Below, piece by piece: positions 25,730 through 39,393 of a stretch of 64,000 bases of DNA. The notes under the pieces were generated by a model. It did no database searches. It saw only the letters and a list, made by a program, of their open reading frames with translations, and was not told the DNA's origin. The DNA lies in contig OX597827.1 of NCBI GenBank assembly GCA_951406725.2, positions 6,448,001 to 6,512,000 on the forward strand. The letters run 5' to 3'. A program made the position numbers and the translations under genes. Position 1 is the stretch's first letter, and each line of letters opens with the position of its first letter. The DNA comes from Octopus vulgaris (taxonomy: Eukaryota).

Positions 25730-26680
25730 AAGAACACACAGCTCAAGGACTATGAATAACTTTCAGAAATCTTTGACCTTGGAGTGCTGCTACCAAGGAA
25801 CATTTCCCGTTTGGTATAAACTCTCCAGACATGGCAATGTCATTAGTACGTCCAGTCCAAGATACATGTAAAGTGACCAGACCATTCTACATGCATTATT
25901 TGAGTGTCTGAAAATTGATGATTTGTGAAATGATGTCCTACATCTGTTGTAATTGCTTGTAGGACAGATCCAGATATCAAATGAGTCATCACAAGAATTG
26001 CCCTGCAACCTTTCTTTAGTTGGGTTATGCAATTAGTCACTTTCTGTCTGGTGGCTGTTATGAAAGAGATTGTGTACCACTTGAGCATGGGATCTGCTCT
26101 TTAGCCTATTCATAACTCTAACCTAAACTCTAACCCTAGCCATATACCTTGACCCTAAACTCTAATCCTAACCACAGCCTTAACCTTAACCCTTAGTCTA
26201 ACCCTAATTCAGATCAGGTCATTTTACAGTGTAGATCATGGATTCTATGGCAGACTGCATGTTGTGTAGCACCAGAAATTGTATGATGGTATGGTGGACA
26301 AGAATGAAAAGGACTTATCAACCCCTTCAAGTTTCTCTTGGAGAGGAAGCAGAGGTGGAAAGAAAGCACATCTACTGAAAGACAAATAAGGTGATGAAAA
26401 TGGCTTGCTTGAAGGGGCCAACTCTCATATGTACACACAAGCCAAAACTACCGCTGGAAAGAGCATTTACCCTTGGACAGTAATGAATAATCGTGGATCT
26501 GTAGGGTACCTTGATTGGTTGTGTGGTGGTCCTCTTTTTTAGATGTTATATTTTATTCTGTTCCTTTGTATATTGTTGTTTTCCATGCCTGTTTCTTCCA
26601 TTATCAGTTCTCTGTAGATTCTTGCTATATTTTTTTGACATTTTTCCTTGCAATGCACCTTCATCCATTGTCATTGTAGA
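25730..26680 (+). pseudogene. Highly decayed L1/Tx1-type LINE ORF2 3' region (zf-RVT-like) and 3' UTR
   Basis: The + frame reads MNNFQKSLT..CYQGTFPVWYKLSRHGNVISTSSPRYM*SDQTILHALFEC, a decayed CPRC...ETILH..C motif. MVWWTRMK follows later, then a T-rich tail. Confidence 0.6.
26112..26208. repeat. Degenerate (CCCTAA)n telomere-like hexamer run
   Basis: ctctaacctaaactctaaccctagcc...ttaaccttaacccttagtctaaccctaa. Confidence 0.75.
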
Positions 26681-27682
26681 AAACATTTTTTTAAAAAAAG
26701 TTCATTATTGCTTTTTTTCAAAATGCTCCATAATTTTCATACATTATCTCTCTTAAAAAGATTTTTCTAATCCTGTTTTCTGATTGCTTATTCATTTTTC
26801 TTTTTCTTTTCTTTTCCTTCCTTCTCTTTCTGTTTTGCATTTATATCTCATTCTTACATAATAGTGTTGTTATCGTTGTATCTTTATCATGATAATACTC
26901 TTCTCTTGTTTTTCCTGGCACAATAGGTGATATAATGATTACTTTATAACCTATTTTTATCACCACCACCCTACCACCCTACTTTGCTGTTTTTCCTTTC
27001 TTAACTTCTAGTATATTATTTATTATTATTATTCATGCATCCTCTGCTTTATGAGTGTGATTTAAAAAAATAATATTTGTTTCAAGTTATTGAGGTCTGA
27101 TATCTTTCCATATATTATTTCCTGCAAATTGTCTCTCTTTTTTTTTCTTCTTCTTTTGTGTTCATTTTCTTTCTTTATTCCCCCTTAGAATTATCATTTC
27201 TTTTCAAGGATCAATTTTGCTAATCATATCTTGAAATTCCCCAAAACAAATTATCTTTTTTTAAGGATTATAGCATATGCTACTCAATTTGTGGAAATAA
27301 CATAAAAACAGGAATGTACATTATACATAATACCCATAAATTTGTTTTTTTTCTTTCCTATTTACAATCACAAATTATATTGTGGATTAATTTCATATCA
27401 GTATAAAATGTTAACTCCTAATATCAAATCTTTAAAAAAAATAGGAAGTTTGGAATTGAATAGAACTATGACATAATTTTCCATTTTTTCTCTTCTATTT
27501 TTTTTTTTTCCTCATATTTTTCCTCATATGAATCAAAACAAACTGGAGTGTTCACATCTAAAACCATGTAAAATATGTATTTTTAGTAATCAGTGTAAAC
27601 TAAATAACTAAATAACTAACAGATATAATTGCTGAATTGTTATTTTAGTCATTGTGGATAAAACTTTGCTAACTTTGTGAAG

Positions 27683-27930
27683 ATGCACAGTCCAGGGGTT
27701 AGACTGTTGAGATCATAACAGGAAGATCATGGCTTTAATTCCTGGACTAGGTGGTGCATAGTGTTCTTGGACAAAACACTTCATTTCAAGTTGCTCCAGT
27801 TGACTTGGCCAGAAAATTAGTAACCCTGTGAAGGACTGGTGACCCCTTCAGGGGCAATGCTGCAAACCCCTGTCACTTATACACTGTGGAAACTGGATAG
27901 CCAGCCCTGTTAGTCTTAGGACTCGAGATC
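27683..27930 (+). mobile_element. Old family D SINE
   Basis: Decayed tRNA-like head plus gtgttcttggacaaaacacttcatttcaagttgctccagt. Confidence 0.55.
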
Positions 27931-28139
27931 CTACTTGCTTGTCAACTTCATCGTGAAGAAATGTGGAAGTTTTATGGATTACAAAGTAAATCACTGCATT
28001 TTTAACATGTCAACTGTCATTAAAGGAAAAGAACAGAGAGAGAAAGGGAAAGAGGAGGAGAGAAAGAGAAGAAGAAAGAGAAGGAAAGAGAGATGGGAGA
28101 ATGGGAGAGAGGGAACATATTTATATTCATTACATAGAC

Positions 28140-28670
28140 ATGGGATGTAGTGGTGAAGCATGACCTTCGAACGTTGGGCCTCACAGAGGCAATGACGAAA
28201 GACTGAGACCTCTGGAAATATGCTGTAACTGTGAAGACCCAGCAAATAAAGTGAGTTCACAGCTGTAACCTACACCAGTGTTGCATAACCAGTCCCAGCC
28301 CACTCAAAAGTACCTTGGATCATAGGGCAACATGCTGTGCCAGGGCGACATGCTGTGCTTGAAGTGACCTATTGAGTCAATTACATCAAAATCAAATGGA
28401 AATTTTAGTTGTGATCTGTATGCCAATGGCATGTAAAAAGCACCAACTGATCGTGGTTGTTGCCAGCCTCCTCTGGCCCCTGTGCTGGTGGCACGTAAAA
28501 AGCACCCACTACACTCTCAGAGTGGTTGGCATTACGAAGGGCATCCAGCTGTAGAATCACTGGTAGATCAGACTGGAACCTGGTGCAGCCTTCTGGCTTC
28601 CCAGACCCCAGTCGAACCTGTCCAACCCATGCCAGCATGGAAAACGGACGTTAAATGATGATGATGATGA
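28140..28670 (+). mobile_element. RTE LINE 3' end (ORF terminus, 3' UTR and (GAT)n tail)
   Basis: VVKHDLRTLGLTEAMTKD*DLWKYAV resembles the end of the RT ORF at 60480-60570, then ggcacgtaaaaagcacc units and ggacgttaaatgatgatg. Confidence 0.75.
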
Positions 28671-28765
28671 CATATAGATGCATGCATGTATACATTATAT
28701 ATATACATGTATGTATGTGTGTTTATGCATATATGCATGTATATGAGTGCATGTATGTATGTATG

Positions 28766-28797
<32 letters not shown>

Positions 28798-29383
28798 TAT
28801 TTGCATATGTGTGTTCTGTGTTTTGTGTATGTGTGTATATGTATGTCCCTATATGTTTCTGTGCATCTTTTTTAATCTTATACATGTCAGACAGGAAAAT
28901 TCAAGAAAAAACGAATGACATTATGTATAATAAAAACATATATACAATAAATAATTCATTTTTGACAACTTTATTTTTACACAAATATGTGTGCGTGCTT
29001 CTATGTGTAACTGCACGGATCTTTGTGTGTGTGTGTGTTCATATGACCGTGGGTATTTATAAATATAAAACGTGTATTTTTTATTAATTTTTTTGCATCT
29101 GTGTTTAAATACTCCTAAATCTTTCCTCTGTGAGTATGGTTGACTGATCATGTGTCAATAATTTCTTGTGTCACTTTACTCTCAAGTAACTCTGTTTAAC
29201 TCTATCAAGTGCCAGACTCTTAGATCAAAACAACATTTTACAAAATACGAAAGGAAGTCTTCAACTACTGATATATTGAATCTATGATGGAGTCTATATA
29301 TAGTTGAGCATCTTTCTAGAAACATCACCCTACTGTACTACAAATAAAAATGATGACAAACAATATATTAAAAGATATTTTAA

Positions 29384-29604
29384 CCCTTTCAATACCAACC
29401 CGGCTGAAACCGCCTCTGGCTCTATAATACAAATGTCTTGTTTACATAAGTTCTGAATTAAAGTTTCCACTAAACCTTAGTCACAATTTATGTTCCTAAC
29501 CCCAGCTTAATGACAGCTTAGTTATTTTACTAAATTCTTTATTATGTTTAAAATTAATTGAAACAAACACAAAGTATCTCAAAATAAATACAGTAACGAA
29601 AGGG
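29384..29604 (+). mobile_element. piggyBac-like TTAA MITE, family 1
   Basis: TTAA|CCCTTTC...GAAAGGG|TTAA. A reverse-orientation homologue lies at 62635-62854. Confidence 0.88.
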
Positions 29605-29779
29605 TTAAATGACATGACAGCCAAGGCCCTGACAGACTTTGATCATAGATCTAACTGATAAGGGCTGAAGTGAAGCTAATAATAAATACCATGAACCGGT
29701 AGTAGAGCTGGTGGGTTGAACGTTCCACCCTGGGCAACTCTTGTATAGGGATGGCAATTTTGGGTCTGCTGTATAACCC

Positions 29780-29989
29780 GGTATCAGGACAAAATTCCCC
29801 TGGACAAATTTTAAAGAAAAATATCAACAGATAAATATTTGAAATTATTTTATAAAATTTCACCTTCCTAAAACATTTTTATTGTAAAGAAAGAACAATA
29901 TTCCAGAGGATATTGACTCCCAGGGAATTTTGTACAGGGGATTTTATCCGTTGGGGATTTTGTCCTTGGGGGAATTTTGTCCTAGTACC
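29780..29989. mobile_element. MITE with 21-bp TIRs and subterminal repeats
   Basis: ggtatcaggacaaaattcccc / ggggaattttgtcctagtacc, with about 4 gggrattttgtcc-like repeats near the right end. No clear TSD. Confidence 0.7.
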
Positions 29990-30350
29990 ATGTAAATCTA
30001 TATAACAGGCAGAATCGGTAATTCAAGAGCCACCATGGACAACAACACACCTTCTAGCTAGGCTGTGGCCATCAACAACTTATCAACACATCAGCATACT
30101 TTTATGTAATCTATTGACTTGCTATAACAGTAATCTCTCTTAGATCATACCTCAAACTTATAATCATTGGTCTGCTTGATCAGTGCTAACCTATGATGAA
30201 CAGCTAAAAATCAATACTGATAATTAGAGAGCATACAGGGTAGCCTGTATATAAGTCTTGCTATAAATAGCTGCCAGGCTCTCTTAAATCATGTCCTAAC
30301 ACCTTTGATCATAAGTCTGAGATTAGGGAGCAACCTGGGGCTAAAAAAAC

Positions 30351-30760
30351 TACTCTTTTACTCTTTTACTCTTTTATTTGTTTCAGTCATTTGACTGTGG
30401 CCATGCTGGAGCACCACCTGTAGTCGAGCAAATCGACCCCGGGACTTATTCTTTGTAAGCCCACTACTTATTCATCGGTCTCTTTTGCCGAACCGCTAAG
30501 TGACGGGGTTGTCAAGCAATGCTAGGGGGACAAACACAGACACACAAACATATACGCACACACGCACATATATATATATATATATATATACATACATATA
30601 TACGACAGGCTTCTTTCAGTTTCCGTCTACCAAATCCACTCACAAGGCTTAGGTCGGCCCGGGGCTATAGCAGAAGACACGTGCCCAAGATGCCACGCAG
30701 TGGGACTGAACCCGGAACCATGTGATTGGTTAGCAAGCTACTTACCACACAGCCACTCCT
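30351..30760 (-). mobile_element. Family A SINE with a small internal deletion
   Basis: Homology to the other copies. It lacks the acataaacacaccagcatcg segment. Confidence 0.9.
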
Positions 30761-31074
30761 ACAAGAACTATTGATCTAAAATTATGATTTGCTGAAAAGA
30801 TAGATGTCCTCTTTAACACTGGGAAATATATAAAGCAACTACATGAGTCAAAAGTGTAAATCTTACTTCAGATAAGATACTTGTCTGTTGCAATGTGTAT
30901 TCCTTGAAGGACTGGCATCTATTTTTCATATTTAATTGAGCTGCTAAATCGTAGATGATGTGAATGCAATTTATACAAAGTCAAGGAAGCACCTAGAAAT
31001 TCCTTCATGTGTCATTTAGAAGCTATTGCTGGCATTGATTCAAAACTCAGGTTGGTCTATCAAGCAGACCTATG

Positions 31075-31619
31075 GTTGGTTGGTTGGTTGGTTGGTTGGG
31101 ATCATTTTTGTCTTGGGAGACAATGGAGTTGCGCATAAAGTAGTCTAGTCTGGCTTTTACATTTCATGTCCTGATACATTTCCTGCTGTGGCTGTGTAGT
31201 CCTATCCTGGACAAACACTCTCTCTGGCAGGTACCGCAAATGTAGCGAAGACTGTTCCTGGCTGGTTGTAATGCCATAGTTTCTCGTTGACGTCTTTTCT
31301 TGTCTTTCCATTTCTCCTCTCTCTCTCTGTCACTCCTTTGTATTCCCTCTCTTACGGTACGTCGCCAATCTCCACGGTTGCCGGCAACTGCCTCCCAACC
31401 GCTAATATTGATGTTGCAGGCCTTCATGTCCCTTTTGCAAAATCCTTGTAACGTAAAAGCGGTCTACCCACAGACCTAGTACCCCTAGCAAGCTCTCTGT
31501 AGAGTATGTCCTTGGGGATTCTGCCATCTTTCATACGGCTAACATGCCCAAGCCATCTCATACGTCTTTGTGTGAGGAGTGCAAACATGCTTGGTATCCC
31601 TGCTTGCCTGAGGACATCC
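31075..31619 (-). mobile_element. 5'-truncated RTE/BovB-like LINE with (CCAA)n tail and 15-bp TSD
   Basis: QRRMRWLGHVSRMKDGRIPKDILY..GRPLLRYKD, one frameshift, and a C-terminal CGTC..C..RIGLHSHSRKC zinc finger. TSD tcaagcagacctatg at 31060-31074 and 31620-31634. Confidence 0.93.
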
Positions 31620-31889
31620 TCAAGCAGACCTATGATCAAAGGCTTTTTTGCCCCAGACCAGCTAGCTGCTCTATATATCTAGGGCTACAGTGCTTGATGA
31701 GTCCTTCATCAGATGAATATTTATTGGTGTGGCATTGTTTACACTTGGATGCTCTTCCAGTTGCTAACACTTAAGCTGTTTTTCAAATAAGGGAGTTTTG
31801 ATGCCATGCTAGGAATATCATTCCGAGAGTGTATTCCAAATGAATTAATTTGAGAACAGATTACGGTAAATGATGTGTTTGTAGTATAC

Positions 31890-32075
31890 TGAAAGCACAA
31901 GTTCAGAAGTGTCACAGACAGCAAGGAGATCTGTGCAGTTGTTGAGTGGTGATATCCAAGAGATCGGAGAAGGCCGCTCTGAAAGCCTCCACAACAATGG
32001 GAAGATGATTTAATCAAACAATTTCGGACAACATAGGAAGGAATGACACAATCAAGAAACAATTGAAAGCACATT
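31890..32075 (+). pseudogene. Decayed RTE-1-like LINE C-terminal fragment
   Basis: TDSKEICAVVEW*YPRDRRRPL*KPPQQWEDDL resembles the W.PR..RPRGRP..RW.DD motif. Confidence 0.55.
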
Positions 32076-32143
32076 GTGGATCTTGAAAATGTCTTTTGAG
32101 GCCTCTGTTAGATTTTCAGAAATTTTGGCATATATGGCATTGA

Positions 32144-32161
32144 TACACACACACGTGCATG

Positions 32162-32199
<38 letters not shown>

Positions 32200-32264
32200 A
32201 ACACACACGCACATATAGCTATCTAGATAGATAGATAGAGAGATAGAGAGAGAGAGATAGATTG

Positions 32265-32331
<67 letters not shown>

Positions 32332-32334
32332 TTG

Positions 32335-32368
<34 letters not shown>

Positions 32369-32394
32369 ATAGAGAGAGAGAGATAGATTGATAG

Positions 32395-32427
<33 letters not shown>

Positions 32428-32468
32428 TAGAGATAGAGAGAGAGAGATATAGAGAGAGAGATAGATTG

Positions 32469-32502
<34 letters not shown>

Positions 32503-32575
32503 AAAGAGAGAGAGATAGATAGCTAGATAGATAGACATACATACATACATACATACATACATACATACATACATG
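32144..32575. repeat. (CA)n-(GATA)/(GA)n-(CATA)n compound satellite
   Basis: Directly visible. Confidence 0.95.
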
Positions 32576-33404
32576 ATACAGACAATGCAAAATACACATA
32601 AATACACACAGCAGGCTTATACACGGTTTCTGTCAACCAAATTCTACCCTTGAAGCTTTGGTCGATCTTACACTATAAAATAAATATATATATACCCCAA
32701 TAAGCCATCAACTGGCATCAAACTCAGAACCACAAAGTAGACAGAATTCTTTAACCACACAAAAAGCTATTTTCTTTTTCAGTTACGATTTTCGAAATCA
32801 CGAAGGAAGAGATAATCTTTCATCTATAGACAGACACCTATCTACAGACAGACTCCTATCAATAAAATATATTTAATTAGATTGATACCTATCAACTGTT
32901 TCCCATGTGAATTTCACTAAAAATATATTACACATAACATTAAATTGCTATGAGCTTTCAGTTAGTACACATTCCATTCAAACATCTTAAAAGCTAGCGC
33001 CATTTCTGCAATCTCACATTCTAAATTCAGAACACATTTGTATTTCTATTCTCTTTACTGGAAATGGCATTTGATTGAAAAAGTGCTGCTTTGAAATATT
33101 ACTGTTTTTAAAAATGTATATGTTGTTTTAGAAAAAGTTTGGAACGGAAATGTTATATTTATTTTGAACTTTACTAAATTATTTTATTTTTTTTATTTTA
33201 TATTACAATTTGTGAAGAATAGCATTGTTGGTTATAAGTTTTGAATAGGGCAATCGCTGGTTCACCACTTTTCTGACAGGGAAAGTGACAAGGGACCACT
33301 GTGTACTGGTGCAAAGGATTTCATTCTTGTAAAGAAATTCGTTTGAAAAGCATCAAGCGTCAGATTTTTGAAAGTGTTTATATCCTTTGTTGATACAAAT
33401 TAAT

Positions 33405-33685
33405 GCATATATGTATGTATGTATTTATGTATATATGTATGTAAGTATGTATGTATGTATGTATGCATGTATGTATGTATGTATGTATGTATGTATGTAT
33501 GCATGCATGCATGTATGTATGTATGTATGTATGTATGTATGTATGTATGTATGTATGTATGTATGTATGTATGTATGTATGTATGTATGTATGTATGTAT
33601 GTATGTATGTATGTATGTATGTATGTATGTATGTATGTATGTATGTATGTATGTATGTATGTATATATGTATGTATGTATGTACG

Positions 33686-33719
<34 letters not shown>

Positions 33720-33741
33720 TGTATGTATGTATGTATGTATG

Positions 33742-33772
<31 letters not shown>

Positions 33773-34310
33773 GTATGTATGTATGTATGTATGAATGTAT
33801 GTATGTATGTATATATGTATGTATGTATGTATATATGTATGCATGTATGTATGTATGTATGTATGCATGCATGTATGTATGTATGTATGTATGTATGTAT
33901 GCATGTATGTATGTATGTATGTATGTATGCATGTATGTATATATGTATGCCTGTATGTATGTATGTATGTATGTATGTATGTATGTATGCCTGTATGTAT
34001 GTATGCATGTATGTATGTATGTATATATGTATGTATGTATGTATATATGTATGCATGTATGTATGTATGTATGCATGCATGCATGTATGTATGTATGTAT
34101 GTATGTATGTATGTATGCATGTATGTATGTATGTATGTATGTATGCATGTATGTATGTATGTATGAATGTATGTATGTGTGTGTAAGTATGTGTGCATGT
34201 GTGTATATTTGTATGTAATTATGTATGCATGCATGCGTATGCGTCAGTGTGTTTGTGTGTGTGTGTGTGTATATATATTTACATATATATGTGTGTGTGT
34301 GTGTGTATAA
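33405..34310. repeat. Very long (TATG)n tetranucleotide array with (TG)n end
   Basis: About 780 bp of TATG units. It explains all the MYVC/HTYI ORFs here. Confidence 0.97.
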
Positions 34311-34545
34311 AATTAATCAAAGGACATACTAAGTATATCTCCCTGCTGGAAATAACAGTCAAAGCTCTTATTTAAATCACCAAAATTGTTACACTAGATA
34401 ATAACAAAGTTTGTCTAGAATTATTTGCTCCATATTGAATTTTGGAATTTATTTTTTCAAGAATTCTATTTTTGAATCATTTTGGAATCTATTTTTTTTA
34501 TATAGTTAATTTTAGTCAATTTTTGTTTATTTTCAGATCATTAAA

Positions 34546-34887
34546 ATGGAATGTCAAGTTAAGAAAAATGTGCATTTTCAACACCTTCTTTTTGCTTTTA
34601 ATCAAGGTTCTAAGGCCGCAAAAACTTCTTGTGACATTTGTGTTGTGTATGGAGAGGGTACCATAGCTGAAAGAACCACTCGTGATTGGTATGCCAAGTT
34701 CAAAAATGGAAATTTTGATCTCAAAGACGCACCTCATTCCGGCCGTCCAGCTGAGATCGATGAAGAGCGATTAAACCAACTTTTGCATGAAAATTCTCAT
34801 CAAATGCCAAGGAAACTGACAGAGAAAATGGAATGCCCCCACACTGCTATAGAGAAGGATCTTCAGTCTATGGGAAAGGTTCCAAAT
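34546..34887 (+). pseudogene. Mariner (Mos1-like) transposase N-terminal fragment, truncated by a family A SINE piece (34888-34960)
   Basis: HTH region ICVVYGEGTIAERTTRDWYAKFKNGNFDLKDAPHSGRP. No catalytic domain. Confidence 0.9.
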
Positions 34888-35274
34888 TACTAGGCTTCGA
34901 AAGAATAAGTCCTGGGAGACGATCTGCTCGACTAAACGCGGTGCTCCAGCAAGGCCGTAACTGGAACCCTTATCTTTGTAATTGACAGAGTGCCAGTTTA
35001 TCTTCAGCATAACAGAAGACACATAACTAAAGTGCAATGCAACGGGATTTTGAATACAGAACCACATTGGTGTATAACAAATTTCTTTGCCACACAGCTA
35101 TCGTTGTGCTCAGAGTGATAAATCCAACATTTCAAATGAAACCAGTTTACAGCAGAGATAGAAATATAACAACAACAAAAAAATACAAAATAACTTCTGT
35201 CTATAAACTTAAGTTCATGGAAATTTACCCAGGTCACAATATATCTTCTTAATTACCAGATACTCTACATTTAT

Positions 35275-35308
35275 GTGCGCACACACGCACACACACACTC
35301 ATACATAC

Positions 35309-35360
<52 letters not shown>

Positions 35361-35516
35361 ATATATAGATATATAGCAGGAGAGAGAGATAGCATAACAT
35401 ACATATATACAAGCATGCATATATATATATATACATATATATATAGAGAGAGAGAGAAATATATATATATATATATATCCATACATATCGTCATCAATCC
35501 ACATATACATACATAT

Positions 35517-35555
<39 letters not shown>

Positions 35556-35735
35556 TTTATATAAATATATATATTTATATATTATATATATATATATATA
35601 CTCATATTTGTATATATGTATATATATGTATTTATGTATGTATGTATGTATGAATGTATGTACATACATACTTATGTATATCTGTATGTATGTACGCAAG
35701 TATGTATACGCACACACATACATATACATAGATAT
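35275..35735. repeat. (TA)n-rich compound microsatellite
   Basis: Directly visible. Confidence 0.9.
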
Positions 35736-36384
35736 AGTCTTCTAAAACTAGATGTTATAATGATATGTTACGAACCAGTATTAATGGTATGAACAGGTGT
35801 GTCATAATGACCTGAAGATTGATCACTAGGTAGTAACATTAGGTCACTACCTGAAGCCCTACCATAATTGATTTTTCTCTTTTATGGCACTCAATCAAGA
35901 TGTCTGCTTTATATTCGTAATTGAGCTTTCTAGATTATGATACTGTGATACTGTGACTTTTTTTTTATTATTTAGCTTTGCTTTTTTTATGTTTTTGTGT
36001 ATTTTTTTTCTTTTCTCTTGACTCAAAACTTCTAAATTTTCATAATATTTTTTCGTGTTTTTCAGAAAAAGTTTTACATTGTTTTTGCTAGCGTTATACA
36101 TGGACAAGATCTCTGGTAGCTAAATCTATTTATAAACTTGGGGTTTTAAGTTGTAAATTGGAAATGTGGAGAAATATCAAGAAAAATAAAATAAAATGAA
36201 ATAAAATAAAAATGATAAAAAACAAAAGAAATTAAGCAAAACGGTATTACAGGTTTCTATCAGATTATATTTTCACTTAACAGAACTTTCCATCATACAT
36301 ACACATACACACACCTATCGGGGAATATGCAAATGAATGCATATGTTACTTCGCAATTTTATGTAAGTTCGTAGGTTAAAATAT

Positions 36385-36424
36385 TGGTGTGTGAGTGAAT
36401 GTGCATATATACACACACACACAC

Positions 36425-36473
<49 letters not shown>

Positions 36474-36865
36474 TATATATATATATATATATATGTATGT
36501 ATACATATGTGTATGTCTATGTATATATATATATATACACACATATACATATATTAATATGTAAGTATATATTTGTGTGTGTGTAAACATATATACATAT
36601 CATTATATAGATATATGGTGTGTACATGTATATACATATATATGTACATATATATACATATATGTATATGTGTATATATATATATATTCATATCTATATA
36701 TATATATTGATATATGTGTATATATATATATATATATATTCATATCTATATATATATATTGATATATGTGTATATATATATATATGTATGTGTGTGTGTA
36801 TATATATGCATATATACCATATATACATACATAATCATATATATATATTTGTATGTATGTGTGTA
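36385..36865. repeat. (TA)n-rich compound microsatellite
   Basis: Directly visible. Confidence 0.9.
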
Positions 36866-37468
36866 TTACAAATATTGTTTTTGTTTGTTTCAGACAGAAA
36901 GCAAAAAGTGCTCAATTCAGCAGAGTATAAGTCTTTTATTGTATGTATCTGATGCTTTCCTCTGCTATTAAACTGAGATTTTCTTTCTCCACACATCTGA
37001 AGAAGAAAATCATTTGCTGAACAAACATGAAAAACATGAAAACTCTGAGTAACAGCAAACTGATGTACCATCTCTTTACAATACAAATCACACACATACA
37101 CATATAGACATAACTTCATTTATCTTTTACTTGTTACATTCACTAGACCTGGCCATGCTGAAGCACCTCCTTGAATGGTTCAAAGTGACGGTCAGTACTT
37201 GATTTTTAAGTCTGGTACTTATTCTACTGATCCTCTTTGCTGAACCACTAAGTTATGGGGGACATAAATTAACACTGCTTGTCATGAGAGGCAAGGAGGG
37301 TAAACACTAAGGCATACACATACAGCAGACTTTGACAAAGTATCCATCTATGAAATACCTTTACATGGCATTGATCAAACCAGGACCAATATAGATATCT
37401 GCATGTATGTGTGTGTGTGTGTGTTCTCTCTTCTCTCTCTCTCTATCTATCTATCATCTATCTATCTA

Positions 37469-37948
<480 letters not shown>

Positions 37949-38200
37949 TATATAAAAATACAACATAGGGACGGAAGAACGTTTATAACTCTTAGCAAAA
38001 ACACCTAAAGCTCCACGATCCGGCAGGTGGTGGCAATTTAAACACGGACAGGACATTCGAAACCCTCAGTCTTCAGTCAAGAACCGGATCATCGTATTTT
38101 TTTTTAATTTCGGCTGATATAATTGAAAACGAAGAGGTGAGTGGAGATTAATTCACATCCAAAACGTTTTATTAAAATGTTTTCTACAGCATATGTAACA

Positions 38201-38290
38201 ATGACCAACATATGTTTCAACTGCAGCCACTGCACAGTGCTCTGTATGCAATGATGCATCCCAGTCACTGCAATTTCCTCGAGGGTCCAT
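38201..38290 (-). ncRNA. Type I hammerhead-ribozyme-like motif (Penelope-like element terminus)
   Basis: Minus strand: GACC-cUCGAGGA-[14-bp stem II AAUUGCAGUGACUG...CAGUGGCUGCAGUU]-GAAAC-AUAU-GUU-GGUC, with AATAAA about 28 nt downstream. The 5' core deviates from CUGANGA. Confidence 0.55.
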
Positions 38291-38904
38291 CACTTACGAT
38301 GTGTTTATCTACATTACTTCATCTCTCTTCTTATATATAAATTTGTATGTATATAAGAAGTTGATCAAAAAGTCTGTTCAGTTTTTGTTGACACTAAACT
38401 TCATATGCTCTAATAAGCAGCCAACTTGAGTCTATCCCTTCAGTACATGCAATACTGGATACTTCAGGCCAACAGACACATATGTATTATATGTGTTCCA
38501 GTGAAGTGAATTTTTTTCTCATTAACAGCCTGTTAACCAAAACTTAAAAGCAACCAAAAAGAAAATCTGACATAATGAATGGTAAGCAGAATCTAATTTC
38601 GGTCTTTTCACTATTTTATACCCAATAACTTTTAAGAATCTCTGCTGCTTTAAGCAACATCTATAAATTAGGTTTGGGATTCATCAAATGTTTCTAATGT
38701 TTGTTCTATGGTTTATGCAGTTTTTGACCAGAATTTCCGAGGTAGAGACTATAATTTCATTCTTTGAAGATCCATTTAGGATATTATATATATAACTATT
38801 CTTTTACTGTTGTACATTCGCAATTTTCATAGATATGTGAATTCAAAGCAGTGAAAAGGAAGAGTTATTTGAGTATTGCCTTGCAATATTTGTTCCAACT
38901 GAAA

Positions 38905-39393
38905 GATGGTGAGCTGGCAGAATCATTAACAGTCTAGGCAAAATTCTTAGTCACATTTTGCCTGTCCTTATATTCTGATTTCAAATTCTGTTGAAGTCGA
39001 CTTTGCCTTTCATCTTCTCAGAGTTGATAGATTAAGTACCAGTTGCACAGTGGGGTCAACGTAATCAATTTAGGCAAAATTCTTAGTCACATTTTGCCTG
39101 TCCTTATATTCTGATTTCAAATTTTGTTGAAGTCGACTTTGCCTAACATCTTCTCAGAGTTGATAAATTAAGTACCAGTTGCACAGTGGGGTCGACGTAA
39201 TCAATTTAGGCAAAATTCTTAGTCACATTTTCACCTGTCTTTACGCTCTGATTTCAAATTCTGCTGAAGTCGACTTTGCCTAACATCTTCTCAGAGTTGA
39301 TAGATTAAGTACCAGTGGAACAGAGGGGTCGACATAATCAATTTACTCCCTCCCTGAAATTGCTGGCCTTGTGCCAAAATTTGAAACCAATAT
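38905..39393 (+). mobile_element. Family B SINE (tail 2) with a 136-bp internal unit triplicated
   Basis: Units start with taggcaaaattcttagtc at 38935, 39071 and 39207. Confidence 0.88.

Noticed and set aside
33378-34234. Long ORFs of up to 269 aa (HTYI/MYVC repeats) and similar ORFs elsewhere
   Set aside because: They are translations of stop-free (TATG)n, (TA)n, (CA)n and (CT)n microsatellites, open in many frames.
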